Shown here one piece after another: positions 14,236 to 27,307 of a stretch of DNA of 64,000 bases. Origin of the DNA: Novakomyces olei. Lineage: Eukaryota. Numbering within the stretch: the stretch's first letter is position 1; each line of letters begins with the position of its first letter. The translations under genes and the position numbers were made by a program. A model generated the notes under the pieces. The model was not told where the DNA came from, did not search any database, and was given only the letters and a program-made list of their open reading frames with translations. The DNA lies in the NCBI GenBank assembly GCA_016906335.1, contig JADEYG010000001.1, positions 186,001 through 250,000 of the forward strand, given 5' to 3'.

Positions 14236-15645
14236 CTAAAGCTTAAAGTACCCCTTTGCAGATTGCGCAATAAGTTTTGCAATATTGCGGCCAGACAAAG
14301 CACTCGTCTCCATTGTGGATATAAAAGGCTCTATAGCCTCGACGTAAAAAAATTCGTCAGCTACTTCAACAGCTGGCAAAACAGCGCGTGGAACTTCGTA
14401 GGGATAAGCGTTCCAGACTTTGCGATAGATCCATGCATCTTTATCGAGACACTCGAATAGTTGACCAATCACAACGTCATCTAAACGTTCACTTGAAAAA
14501 ATCTTGTATACATTGTCAGTGCCATCGTGCCTGACGCGACTGACGGAATTGAAAAACGGCAAACTGCCATCACTGCCCGGGACAGTGAGAATCATACGAG
14601 ACGGCTCGGCGCCAAAATAAGAGGCGGACAAATTAGAAGCAGTGGCCACAATAGTAACATGGAGCTTGACGTAATCAATGTGGGGCAGTCGACCAAACTC
14701 TGCGGGCAGGTCGATATTTGCCAGTGAGTGAGGAGCAGCAAGAACAACATAATCATAGCTTTGCTTTGTAAATTTTGTAGTGACCAGCCATTTGCTGTTG
14801 TCTTGCAGCGAGACGCTATCAACCGCTGCTAATTGCACAGTCGCGCCACTACGAATAACCCACTCGTTAAATATCTGCCAGTTCCCGCCAACGACAGACC
14901 GAGCGCCATCTGTGCTGAGGCAGACAAGGCCCTCGACTGCGTGGAAGTTGTAGACATTTTGCCCATAGTTTACGCGTGTAGATGCCTGTAGTATCTCGTA
15001 CACAAAGGCATTATCTGCTTTTAGATTCTGAGCCAGTGCGGGCACCGTCATGTTTGTGAGAGTAGCCAGTGAGTATTCGTCGTTGACAAGCAATTTCTTC
15101 AGCGCCTTGTTTAAATTAACGAATGAATAGTCATCATCGTAGAGCCGGAGAAAAGTAGAGACTACTTGCTTTGCGAACCGAGACAGCCGCATTGGTGCCA
15201 GGCCATACCGCCACAAGAGCCTTGGGGTATCGAGAAAGTTTCCATAGTTTCTATAGACAAAGCTGCTTCCGTTCCAAACGTCGAACCGGCCATTGTCCCC
15301 AAAAGTCTGAGTAGTAAACGAGAACTCTTCCGTTGCATTTGCCAGAATAGTATTGGCAGAGACAAAGATACTGGCGCCAATTTCAACGGGTCGGGAGATA
15401 TCGCCACGGACGCCGATAGTTTGAGAACGGCCTCCGATACTGTCCCGCTCGTATACTGTCACATGACAATTAGGCGCGTACTTTGCTAGATGATAGGCCG
15501 CCGACGATCCACCCGCTCCGGCGCCGATAATTGCAACTGTGCACGCTTTGCCCAGAGAAGAAAGGTCTCCGATAACCGTCTGCTCAGACCGCGCCGTAGG
15601 GACTGCGAGCAGCAGCAGTAAAAGTGAGCTCCACAAATTGACCAT
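14236..15645 (-). CDS. Prenylcysteine oxidase/lyase
   Basis: Signal peptide, VAIIGAGAGGSSAAY FAD motif, VEIGASIF, TRVNYGQ, IEPFISTMETSALSGRNIA. Confidence 0.92.
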   Translation of the reverse strand: MVNLWSSLLLLLLAVPTARSEQTVIGDLSSLGKACTVAIIGAGAGGSSAAYHLAKYAPNCHVTVYERDSIGGRSQTIGVRGDISRPVEIGASIFVSANTILANATEEFSFTTQTFGDNGRFDVWNGSSFVYRNYGNFLDTPRLLWRYGLAPMRLSRFAKQVVSTFLRLYDDDYSFVNLNKALKKLLVNDEYSLATLTNMTVPALAQNLKADNAFVYEILQASTRVNYGQNVYNFHAVEGLVCLSTDGARSVVGGNWQIFNEWVIRSGATVQLAAVDSVSLQDNSKWLVTTKFTKQSYDYVVLAAPHSLANIDLPAEFGRLPHIDYVKLHVTIVATASNLSASYFGAEPSRMILTVPGSDGSLPFFNSVSRVRHDGTDNVYKIFSSERLDDVVIGQLFECLDKDAWIYRKVWNAYPYEVPRAVLPAVEVADEFFYVEAIEPFISTMETSALSGRNIAKLIAQSAKGYFKL

Positions 15646-16313
15646 ACTAGACGCGATCTACCAGCGTGAGGGAATAGTACTGACAAACAAAAGCGAGATT
15701 GACAGAGAAAGTGGTAAAAGGCACCGACTGCTTAATAGCCAAATATTGGCAAACGACAAACGGCAAACGGCAATTGCTGTTGAACCGAGTGCAAACGAGC
15801 AACGCCGTAAAAATTGCTCCGAGAATTGAGTGGCGGCAGTACGGCCAGTGGAATCGAGGGGACAGGAAAAGCAGGCGAGCCGAGTTTTATTGCACACAAA
15901 TTAAAGACTATACAGGCTAATGCTCCTTTGATTATAAATAGACTATCAGCTTGAATCAAAGATCCAACTGGCCTACTCGTTTAAGCGTCGAGCTTCTATT
16001 GTGGGGACAGTACCCAATTATCGCCCAATCATTCGCCGATTAAGGTCAAAAGCGTGTATTTAGCGGCGAGACGACTGTCGTCTCACAGGATTTAATGTGA
16101 ACAACATTTCGTCGTCCTTAAGAGGAATGTGAATCACATGGCGCAAAGTAGTATAGAGTCCTAATCGCAACCTGGGTTACGGTAAACTGCGACTAGCGTA
16201 AATCCACGTCTGCAGGGAATTGAACCTTAAATAGCACTGCACTTCTCTGGTGCTCTCTGGTGCCATTACCAAGTTCGTTTCTGAGACATTCAGCAGGCAG
16301 CCATTAGTTGGAA

Positions 16314-17678
16314 ATGGCAGTGGAAAATGGCACAGAGGCCACTGGCATCGCTACTAATGCGGTACACGCCGATCATGGCGTGCCGATTAGCGTAAGTGAC
16401 GTTACACCGCCCATCCATCTCAGCACTACGTACAAATACCCACGCGACATTGATCAGCTTGTAAGCGTGCGCGATCGTAAATCCTGGGATTTCCCTGTTT
16501 ATACGCGATGGGCACACGCAAATGTGGATGGAGTGGAGGCAGTCTTGTCCAGCGTATTGAAATCTAACGCGATCGCTTATAGCTCTGGCCTTTCTGCCGC
16601 CTATGCTTTACTGAGCCATCTAAACCCGAAGACTATAGCTATTACACGCGCTGACGTGGGCGGGTATCATGGCACTCTTGGTGTTGTTAACGCGATTTCG
16701 CGTCTATCTGGATTGGTATCTGACGATATTTATTGAATTGCGCTAACAAGGGTTTAGAAACGCGTAGAGCTCAAGGATGCTCATACCCTTTCTCGAGGTG
16801 ACTGCCTGTGGCTGGAGACGCCGCTCAATCCGCTTGGAACTGCTGCGGGTAAGGCTTTCCACATTCTGTATCTATATGATTTGCTATCAATGTGCACATC
16901 GCCAGTCTAGTATTTCTAGTATTTCTACTATTCTAATTACTTTACTCTGTATTAACCCTAAAACTAATCATTAGATATCGGCGAATACTCTAGGATCGCA
17001 AAGGCCACAGGTGCGTATTTGGTAGTTGATGCCACATTTGCACCTTTTCCCCTTCAGAATCCTTTTGAGCATGGAGCTGATTTTGTTTTGCATTCTGCCA
17101 CAAAATACCTCGGAGGTCATTCTGATGTCCTGGCTGGCGTCATTCTGAGCCGAGATGCCAGTATTCTAGAGCAGCTAAAGCTCGATCGGTCTATGTTTGG
17201 TACGGTGCCAGCGCCCCAAGTAGCGTCACTGCTACTCCGCTCGCTCCGTACTTTTCCCCTACGTATCAAGCAGCACAGCGAAAACTCAAAAACAGTGGTC
17301 CAGTTTTTAAATAAATTAGCGGCAAATAAAAGCTTTGCGGATGAACAGGGGGTAAAGTATGGCTTGCTCCGTAAAGTAACACATACGTCGTTGCAGACAG
17401 AGCCTTTTGTCGCGAAACAAATGACCGGGGGTCATTCACCAACCTTTTCTATTTATTTCGATTTGCCTTTGACTGCAAGGCGGTTTTGCTCTAACGTCGG
17501 CAACCTTAAGCTCTTCGATCATTGCACTTCACTCGGAGGTGCAGAGTCTTTGGTCGAATGGCGAGCAATGTCGGATCCGGAAGTGGATCCTACTCTTGTT
17601 CGTGTCAGCATCGGTCTGGAAGATGCTCAAGATCTTATACAAGACATTGTCGCTGCTCTGCGTCGTATTGACTTTTAG
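16314..17678 (+). CDS. PLP-dependent trans-sulfuration enzyme (cystathionine gamma-lyase/synthase family), 2 introns
   Basis: PPIHLSTTY, YSSGLSA, WLETPLNP, VVDATFAP, HSATKYLGGHSD (PLP Lys), TSLGGAESL, VRVSIGLED. Confidence 0.92.
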
Positions 17679-18039
17679 AATGCTCGTTTTAATGCGTGGT
17701 TGGTTTGCCCGGGTTTGGTATTTGCGTAACATAATTTAAAACTAATTATGCCACAAGTTTCTCTGCGTTTAGTCTTTAATTAAAATTAATTAATTAATTA
17801 TAAATTAATAAATTAATAAATAAATAAATAAACAAACCTAAGCGTTTGTAATAAAAATTAATATAGACAAACCCTAACATTGCGTATCCTACACCAATTA
17901 TGGGTACCATATACGCGGTTTATCTTACACGACAAGTAACCAAGAAATGAGGTAGTATAGTAAAATTGGTCGGTCAAAGACGTCAGTGCTGTGGGAACGT
18001 AAACACCAACTCGGCTTCTGGTCCAAAGTGCGGGTCATT

Positions 18040-19563
18040 ATGGTCAGAGCTAAGCGGGCAAAATTCAAAAAATCGGCTTCTCATACAATATCGCTGAACG
18101 ACAATGACGCAGACGAAGAAGTTGCGCCCGGTGGCGAAGATGTTTCCTCACCGCTAATACAGAGAAACCAGCCAGAAACATTAACAACAGCAACAACAGA
18201 GCAGCAAAGACCAGCAAGCTCGCTCGCGGCGGCTCCTTTGGCACAGACTAATACGCGTGCTGGAAGGGAAACAGTACGGACATTTGACACTCGCGGGCAA
18301 TTAGCAGAATGGGCGCGTGGGAGCCAGAGCGATGCTGGCACCAATAGCACTGGCGTAATTGATATATTATACGAAAATCAGCGAGGGTAATACTGAACTT
18401 CAAGTGACTTTACTAATTTAAATTTAGAGCCTTTGTATGCGGCGCTTGTCTGTTCTCGTCGCAGAGTCTTTTCAGTCTTGATCCTGACGCGTGGACTGAT
18501 CGACATGGCAAGTAGGTCACTCCAAGATCTTTATTCAATTAATTTGTTTACCTCTATGACTTTAGTTAATCATCAATACAGTATTTCTTAGTTTAGTATT
18601 ATTCATTTAATTTTTATTTACTAACTTTATTTGTTTGCTTCTCTATTTTTTCCATCTTCGTTCCACCTTTTTCCCTTCCTTCGTTTCCGCTTTGTGAGAT
18701 GCATAATCACTGATTTGAAGGTACTCTCCGGTAACACCGCAGAGCGCAATTTGCCCCGATCTTACGTGGAAATGGGTAAGTCGTTTTGTTCTGAAATATC
18801 CTCCATTTATATCTGAGTAGGCCTGGCAACGCTGGTTCGTTGATATGACGGGCGATGTAGACGAAGATGGCTGGCAGTACTCGGTATCCTTTAGATCAAA
18901 TCGCTGGCATGGCAGCCATGTCTGGTTTCATTCGTTTGTCAGGCGCCGTCGCTGGCTGCGAAAACGGGTTAAACGGGTTAGTCGATAATCAATTTAAACT
19001 TATCTGAGCAGTAACTGACTCTTTTCTTTTTAGGACTTGGGTCTTCCAGAGAATGTCATTGAAGACCACTTTACACATTATTCAGCAACTATCACGGCTT
19101 CTGTGGCGAACCCCGGCAGTGCTACAGGCTATTCAAACATGGAGGAAACTTCCTTAACGGAAAACATTGAATCTGTTCCAAGTCTATTTGATGTGCTACG
19201 GCAATCTCGCATCGATCGAGAGAGACTTGACGCTATCGCGAACTTTTTAGAGCATGGCGATACTGAAATTGCCGTGCTTAAAGATAGGGTAAGCCATTTT
19301 AAAACTTACATCATACTTACATTTGCAAGATGGGCGAGCTTATGGACATGATGTTTTTCCAAAGTTCAAGATTGAAGGTCGCCTCGATAATGAAAAGAAA
19401 TTATGAGATGGCTGATCAAAAGGCTCAAACTGATACAAAAAAAGGCGATGATACCGAGGTGAAACGCCGATTGATGGTTTTGAGACAATTGTGTGATGCA
19501 AGCGATGCGTACGTGAAGCATTTAGATTTCTGGACGGACAGAATCAAGGCGAATAAAGCCTAG
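18040..19563 (+). CDS. Dysferlin-domain protein, Spo73/Mug65-like (multi-intron)
   Basis: DILYENQRG ... W.W..WFVDMTGDVDEDGWQYS..F...WHG..VWFHSFVRRRRWLRKR dysferlin pattern across exons. Confidence 0.8.
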
Positions 19564-20643
19564 ACGGATAGGGCTCTATACCAGGGTTAGACTTGTCCTC
19601 TTTTATAATTCTATCTTGGATATGGTTTAGGCTCGTTATTTGTTATTTTGACAAGCAACATAACATTGACGTATACTGCGAACAAAAATTATTTTTCCAG
19701 TTGTATTATTAATTGAATGTTTTCTTTTTCAAGAAAGCGTTTTTGTGGTAGTGGCAAGGAGCCTTAGAACCAAACCAGAAGGAGCGTATATTGAACTACG
19801 TGGAATTACGGCAGAATGGATCCTATTTATTAGACCATGGGTCGAGGAGTAAGTGCATCATAAGTTCCCTTTAAACACCATTTTCCTATAAGAATCCCTT
19901 TTTAAGTTAGTGGTTTAATTGACTACAACGAAATAAGCCACGGATAGAGTAATGCTGAGTTGTCTTAATCAAGATAAGGTTTACGGCCCTATCAAATACA
20001 AGTCTATAGAATCTTACAACCTTGTAGCTATTCACTTTGCTCTGTCCCTGTTCAAACTTTTTAGATTTTATTAACTTGTTAATTGATTAATGTCTGCTCA
20101 AACGCAAATATATAGTCTGACTAGGGTTTTCTATATCACTGAATAAATAAATTAAGTTTGAGTGTAGGGACCATATTTATAGCTTATTCCAACAAAACGC
20201 ACAACACTAGATAACATATGTAGTGGATTATTATTATATCAATCATCAAACTCGTATTAAACCCTAACACTATTGCATACTTATCAATCTCATTGTGATT
20301 ACTTTTATGATTCTACGGAGAGTGCACAAAGAATTTCGAGGCACATTTGTTGTGGCAGAGGATTCCAATTTGCTTTATGTCGCTCGTGCTTCAGAAGCAC
20401 GGAAGAGCTGTGGGAAGCAGCGTGTAGAAAAATGGAGACACTGTATGTTTCCCAACAGCACGTACAATAATAGCTTCTATAACATTGCTTAGCTATTGAT
20501 GCGTAACCTCTATGTGCTTCATGGTATACAAGTAAATTTATATGCATTACGTTGCCAGATTGAAGTATATTAATCCGCTATCTACGATAGCTGCTTAATG
20601 AAACAAATGAGAAGCCTTTTGTAACCGACGCCGATCAAGCAAG

Positions 20644-23023
20644 ATGGGGAGTAAAGAGCCTACATCGGAAAAGACAAGACCGCTACCGATCCGCTATGAT
20701 GCACCGGCTCGCGGTAAGAATAATTGAGATCTCTATTTGATGGACAAGCTAACTTTTGGGACAGTGTATTACGGACCGGAAAACAACAATTATCATGCAC
20801 GAGCTCAATCGTTTAATATACATGCACACGACGGCCTTAGTCTTAACCGTCGGTCGATATTTGCTGAAAGGGCACCACGGTCTCGACGCATGTCTCATGG
20901 TAAGTGGTGTCAATATTAAATATAAGACTAACCCAGAAATTAACGTAGACGACTTTGACACTGCAGAGAAAGGCGGAAGGAAGTTCGTCATCAACGTAGA
21001 CGAGACTCTTGAAGATCTACTTGCACAGGAGGATACAGACCGTAATTTCCAAATTACAGTGGATGACAAAGGTCCCAAGGTGATTGCCCTAGGTACTGCT
21101 CGTTCGAACGGCTATTCTACCGTAGAGCTACGTGGCACTTATCCGTTAAGTAATCTGTGTAAGTTTTTACATAATCTATTGAGGATCACGTATACTTATA
21201 ATCGGTTAGTGCAAGAATTGACTCTGGCAAAACACTATGGAAAGAAGACTATTATTCTAGACGAGGAGCGCATAAACGAAAACCCTGTAGACCGGCTACA
21301 TCGCCGAATTCGTGACTCGTTTTGGCACAATTTGACGCGACGCATTGACGCTAGTATGCTAGACAAGATTTGCCGAGATCCGAAGAATAGAGGCAAAAAC
21401 CAAGATCCGCGGTTGTACGTACCTGCTGTGGAGGAAGAAATATATCAATACTATGTCAAGGCGGCCAAAGAGAGGCCAGATTTAAAGCTTATTGTCGAAA
21501 AACTTCCTCATAAAATTACTGCTGAATGGATGAGAGATAAAAATGATTTTCCTGGTCTTTTGGCGCTGGCCATGGAGAAGTACAAAAAGCCTGATGGATC
21601 TATTGATTTACGGGGGCAGCCTTTCGTCGTACCAGGAGGCAGATTCAATGAACAATATGGATGGGACTCATACTTTGAGGCTCTAGGTTTACTTGTGGAT
21701 AATAAGCCTGAATTGGCTAAAGGCATGGTAGAGAATTTTATTTTTGAAATTCGTCATTATGGAAAAATTCTCAATGCGAATCGAAGTTATTACATAATGC
21801 GTAGTCAGCCTCCATTTTTAACAGACATGACAACCCAAGTTTATCGACGATTGAAGGACCAAGAAGGCTCTCTCGATTTTTTGAAGCGTGGAATGACTGC
21901 AGCTATCAAAGAGTACTATACAGTTTGGATGTCTGCCCCACGCTATGATCCCGATTCCGGGCTGTCTTGCTACAGACCAGAGGGTATAGGCATCCCACCT
22001 GAGACAGAGGCGTCACATTTTATTCATATTCTCATGCCGTATATCAAAAAGCACGGGATGGAGTTTGACGAGTTTACTAGGGCCTACAACAATTGTGAGA
22101 TTCATGAACCTGAACTCGACGAATTTTTCCGGCATGATCGAGCAGTGAGAGAGTCGGGTCATGATACAACAGCAAGATTGGAAAACATATGTGCTGATTT
22201 GGCTACAGTGGATCTCAACACTTTGTTATACAAGTATGAAACTGATATCGCCTCTACTATTTTGCACAAGTTTAATGATCATTTTGAGCTGCCAGATGGC
22301 ACAGTTGAGACGAGTGCAGTTTGGGAACGAAGGTCACGTGCACGCAGGGCTGCGGTAAACAAGTACCTGTGGAACGAGGAGAGTGGTATGTATTTTGATT
22401 ACAATACAAAGATCCGTAAGCAGCATGAATACGAGTCTGCTACTACTTTTTGGGCTCTTTGGTCTGGGATTGCTAGCCCCAAAAAGGCCTATCTTATGGT
22501 GGAAAAGGCTCTACCTAAATTCGAAATGCACGGAGGTTTAGTGGCTGGCACTAAAGAATCCCTGGAGAAAATGAGGACCACTGATCTGACTAAGCCTAAT
22601 CGTCAATGGGACTATCCAACTGGGTGGGCACCTCATCAGATAATGGCCTGGCAAGGCTTACTTCGTTATGGGTATGAGGAGGAGGCTCAAAGACTCATTT
22701 ACCGCTGGCTTTATACAATGACCAAGTCTTCCGTTGATTATAATGGCGTTGTAGTTGAAAAATACAATGTCGTTACTCACGGAGATGCTCATATTGTCAC
22801 TGCAGAATATGGGAATCAAGGAGCTGATTTCCGTGGTGTTGCAACTGAAGGCTTTGGATGGGTTAATGCTAGTTATCAGATTGGATTAAAGTATTGCAGC
22901 ACTCAAATGCGTCGGGCTCTGGGTACAATTACGCCACCAAAGGTCTATTTGAAGGGAATTGAAACACATACTGCAGAGCTTAATCTGACGGATACTGTAA
23001 CGCCTTCAGTTTTTCAAGCATGA
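20644..23023 (+). CDS. NTH1: Neutral trehalase (GH37 with Ca-binding motif), spliced
   Basis: [73 protein letters not shown]-type site in N-terminal exon. Confidence 0.95.
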
Positions 23024-23286
23024 ATAAAAATTAATTATTTTTTGGTTTGTCTTTCTCGAGTTTTTATATTTGTATTTTCAACTGTTCAATTTTAAAATTT
23101 CCCTCGCTGTCTTAGCTTGAATTCCTACTGCATGCTTACTTTGCTGTCATGCTTTTTAACGATTTGCCTCTGAGACTCTCGTCTGTTTGATGAACATCAA
23201 AAGACATTTTATGTTTCTAAAGTGCGGGTCACTATGCAATTATCGTGGGCTATCTTGATGAATTTCCATAATGTTTATAAAATGAT

Positions 23287-24774
23287 TTATACAATTTTCC
23301 CCATCCGTGTAATATCTGGGGTATCATCAAAACTTTTCGAATCCCGTGTAAAAGTTGTCATGCCGTTAAACTCGCTTGTATCATAATCGTCCCAATTATC
23401 AAACCCAAGGAACTTTCGACTAATCAGAATTGATACGGCGGCTACCAAAAAAACGAAATGATGCCATCTATCAACGAATTTGATGTCCAGCAGGTATAAG
23501 AGTTGCGAGCCAGTCGCTGACGTGGAAGAAGCAGAAGAGGCAAAAGAAGGCAGGGATTTCTCAAACACTAATACGGCGCTGACCGAGTAAGCTGCCGAGA
23601 CACAGCAAGCTAATAGCATAAAATTGGACGAGACGTTATCGGACTTGCTAACAACTGAACGTAAAAGTCGGGCAAATATTCGAACAATCCCGCTCAGGTA
23701 GCCAGCGACCACGGCACCAGAGAAAACAAAACTGGCCCGTTCAGCCAGCAAATCAGGATCTATACCAGCTCCTCCAAACGCTGTTCCAGCCAAAAGACGG
23801 CGAATGGGATCAAGAGCATTCCGCGCCGGTCCATCGCCAATTGCGGATGGATCAGAAAGCGGTGATGTCAAGGTTGATCCTGTGCCATTACCGGCAGCAG
23901 CCAGCCAGGGTAAAATGAGCAGGCTAAAGGCGGCTAATAAAATACGGTAAAAACAGTAAAAGCTAAACACCCAATTCCATAATCGCATAAGCATTCCGCC
24001 AATTGTTTTACGTGATTGCTGATATTGCATTCTACTTTGTAAAGCTGCCAAATCTTCTTCTGCCAATTGTTTTATTCTCCGCAGTCCGCGAGTGTCTTCG
24101 TCATCGGCCGTGGCAAAACGCGTCGCGACATTGTTCCATTCCGAGGAGGCAACGCGTCGCTGCTGCCTTCGCTGCTGTTCATAACCCCTATTTTGGTTTA
24201 ATTGGTCATCCGTTGCCTGCACTCTAGACTGTGCCTGAATAAGAGCCGCTTCAGAGATCGGCTTGTATGACGCAATCCAAGTATCGTAAACACAGCCGGC
24301 CGAGCCAATGCCTGAGAGCAGGGCCGAGACGTTTATGCCGACAAATGCAATTCGACGCACACACCCAAGGAAACAACGAGCCAACAAAGGAGTAGATAGA
24401 GACTCGTTGCTGCCAGCAAAGGGTTTACCCGCGAGATAGAAGCCCAGGAGAAAAATGCAGTAAATGGGCAATGCAATCTTTGCGTTTTGTGCTCCAGGAG
24501 GGAGATGCCCAAAACTGAAAAAAATTGCCAGAGGAATCAAAGCAACAGTGCAGAGTAAAACAACGCTGAGCAACAGCAAGCCCAGCCATGAAGGCCAGAC
24601 AGTGGAGAAAATGGCGGCATAATGAATCAGCAGCAAACACGACACGACACAGACACTGAAAACTTGGATTTTATACGCGTACACTCGGCCATTTAGAAAC
24701 AGCTTCTTTGACACTGCCCATGCCACTGCGCAGGACAAGGCCAAAGCTAAAATAAACGTTATTAATGCCTTCAT
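23287..24774 (-). CDS. Golgi pH regulator / GPR89 (GTG) family membrane protein
   Basis: Multi-TM protein with RIAFVGINVSALLSGIGS, FSFYCFYRI and DRWHHFVFLVAA motifs typical of GPR89/ABA-GPCR. Confidence 0.8.
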   Translation of the reverse strand: MKALITFILALALSCAVAWAVSKKLFLNGRVYAYKIQVFSVCVVSCLLLIHYAAIFSTVWPSWLGLLLLSVVLLCTVALIPLAIFFSFGHLPPGAQNAKIALPIYCIFLLGFYLAGKPFAGSNESLSTPLLARCFLGCVRRIAFVGINVSALLSGIGSAGCVYDTWIASYKPISEAALIQAQSRVQATDDQLNQNRGYEQQRRQQRRVASSEWNNVATRFATADDEDTRGLRRIKQLAEEDLAALQSRMQYQQSRKTIGGMLMRLWNWVFSFYCFYRILLAAFSLLILPWLAAAGNGTGSTLTSPLSDPSAIGDGPARNALDPIRRLLAGTAFGGAGIDPDLLAERASFVFSGAVVAGYLSGIVRIFARLLRSVVSKSDNVSSNFMLLACCVSAAYSVSAVLVFEKSLPSFASSASSTSATGSQLLYLLDIKFVDRWHHFVFLVAAVSILISRKFLGFDNWDDYDTSEFNGMTTFTRDSKSFDDTPDITRMGKIV

Positions 24775-26095
24775 CACATCATATCGTTTTTGGACTGCGG
24801 TTTTGATAGGGTTTTGTCCTGTCGTCGAGCGAGGGTTTGCGGGTTACCAAACAGTCTTGCCACGTCGGTTGGAATCCGTATGAGTTCATTAGTCTGTTTC
24901 TGGATTCTAACCTTGCAAGCTGCTAATATAATAGTTTACGCGTTGCGCTCCAAGTGCGAACTCTACGTCTCTATATGATCCTGTAAATTTCTGGAATAGA
25001 AAGTTCTTGAGCCAATTGCTCGACAACAAATAACTATCATCAAAATGAGCTGTATTGACTATGCGCAACCGCTTGAGCTTAGGCGCGAACGCTCCTTGAG
25101 CGTGTGTGTATTTTCAGCTGGAGCTTTGAGCCCTAACCCTGGATCTGGAAAATATACCCAATTCATGCTACGTCATGGTAAATGGAATCACTGTGACAAT
25201 ATTTCTCAGTCCATAGTGAAAGAATTGTATTGCACTTTCCTCATTTTATTTCTCTTTTATATCAGATACCAATAGCCATTAAAAACACTTTGCGACAGCA
25301 ATTTCGTTTCAAAATTGCGGTAAAGATTCGTACAATTCATAGTCCGGGCCAAAGATCTGGGGTTAAAATTTCCAAAGACGGCCGAGATAGCGTTGTACTC
25401 AATCGGAGGCTCTTTATTTGAGCTCCTTTAATCACGCGTGGATAGACAAAATTAGGATTGCCAGACAGTAAACGACATTTATGAGAATAAAGCTGGTTGT
25501 CTTGAAGATTTTGCGTAGCACGATCAGCCCAGAGTACAATATACCAATATCTATTATCTCTACTTTGCCGAATTTTCATGTCTGTTTTATGCTAGAAAGG
25601 ATCGCCTTTCCTTCAAATTTTAGTCGGTGCCGGTATTTTGTCCACGTGCGATACTTATATTCCTTGTCCCCGCAAATCATGGCCAACGAGTAATTCGGCT
25701 ACAATCATAAGAAAAACATACCGATTGTGAGATAAAATCGTATCTCGAGCCAGAATCCCCCTGTAATCTCATTAAATTGCTATAATCACTCAATTATCTG
25801 TGTTGTAAACGATTAAGCCCTCCTCACTTTAGACAAGCAGAGCAGGAAAATTATGTCATTAATTTCAGCAGCACTGAAAGAACGCTCCGGATACGTTTGA
25901 TTGAGGTCCCATGCGTATACATAATTACTAATTGCACACACATTACACGTATGGAGTCGCTAGATTACTTGGTTATGATGGTTCCCCAAGGGGCGTGGTG
26001 GAACATGGCAGAAAATTATAGTGGATATAAATTGGCAAGGTTCTCTCAACGCCAATAACTTATCTCCTCGTAACGATAAAGCCGCGTAATCAATC

Positions 26096-26635
26096 ATGTC
26101 AAAGGTCTTTTTCGACGTAGCTGGTACATTACCAAAAAATGGAACGGTTCCGGACTCATACTAATCTGACCTAGCTAATGGCAATCGCCTGGGACGCATA
26201 ACTTTCGGGCTTTACGACCAAGATGTGCCAAAAACGGCCGCAAACTTCCGGGCTCTTTGCACTGGAGAGAAGGGTTTCGGTTACAAACATTCGATCTTCC
26301 ACCGTGTAATCCCACAGTTCATGCTGCAGGGAGGTGATTTCACCAACCATAACGGAACTGGTGGCAAGTCCATCTATGGCGCAAAGTTCCCAGACGAGAA
26401 CTTCAAGCACAAGCACACCAAGCCTGGATTGCTGTCCATGGCCAATGCTGGACCTAACACCAATGGCTCGCAATTCTTCATCACCACTGTTCCCTGCCCC
26501 TGGTTGGACGGCAAACACGTTGTCTTTGGTGAGGTGGTTGATGGACTTGATGTTGTCAAGAAGATCGAGTCATATGGATCTGGAAGCGGCGCTACCAAGG
26601 CTAAAATTGAGATTGTCGACAGCGGTGAGATCTAG
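26096..26635 (+). CDS. CPR1: Cyclophilin A peptidyl-prolyl isomerase (1 intron)
   Basis: MSKVFFDVA/.. [62 protein letters not shown]. Confidence 0.96.
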
Positions 26636-27307
26636 GTTTGGTTTGTTTTCATCAGACATCGAGTTTTACCCTATAGTGACACCAAAAAATTAAAGTTTTT
26701 GTCTCTGTCCCGAGATATTATTTATTTTATTTCATTGCCTCCATACTCCTTCGCTATAACCTATAAATATCATCCGTAGTTTTATCGCTGAAAGGTGTCG
26801 TTTTTTCGATTACAAATTCAATTAGATCACTAGTTGGCACCGCAATCGGTTTACGCCGTTCCTTTATCTATAGGCGAGTAGGTTTAAGTGTAATTAAGAT
26901 TATTTCTCTCACTAACCCTTCTACTTGATTTTGATCACCAACCCAACCCTAACCCTATTAACCCCTAACTCGCGAATATCTTTTGACCGAAGTGAGCCTT
27001 CTATTTAACCTTTTGCAGCTTTGGAATAGAAAATTATAGCGCATCCTGCAATAAGAAAATCGTGTGTATAAATGGTGCACACTCTGAAGAAAAAAATGAT
27101 CAACGTATAGCGAAGTAAATTAATAATGTCGCACATTAATCATATTCGGTCGTATATAACCGCATTTTATTATGTCATTCTAAAAGACATAGAGAGCTAC
27201 AAGGTGCAGCGAATGCGGACAACACATGAGCTAAACGTTGATCTGCCATAGTGTGGATCACCGCGCTTGAATTTGTATATAGTATTATTCGAAAAATATC
27301 GGAGCGC

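Noticed and set aside
20273-20547. Exon-like stretch with a GTATGT donor upstream of the trehalase
   Set aside because: It could be a 5' UTR exon, but I could not build a supported coding model.
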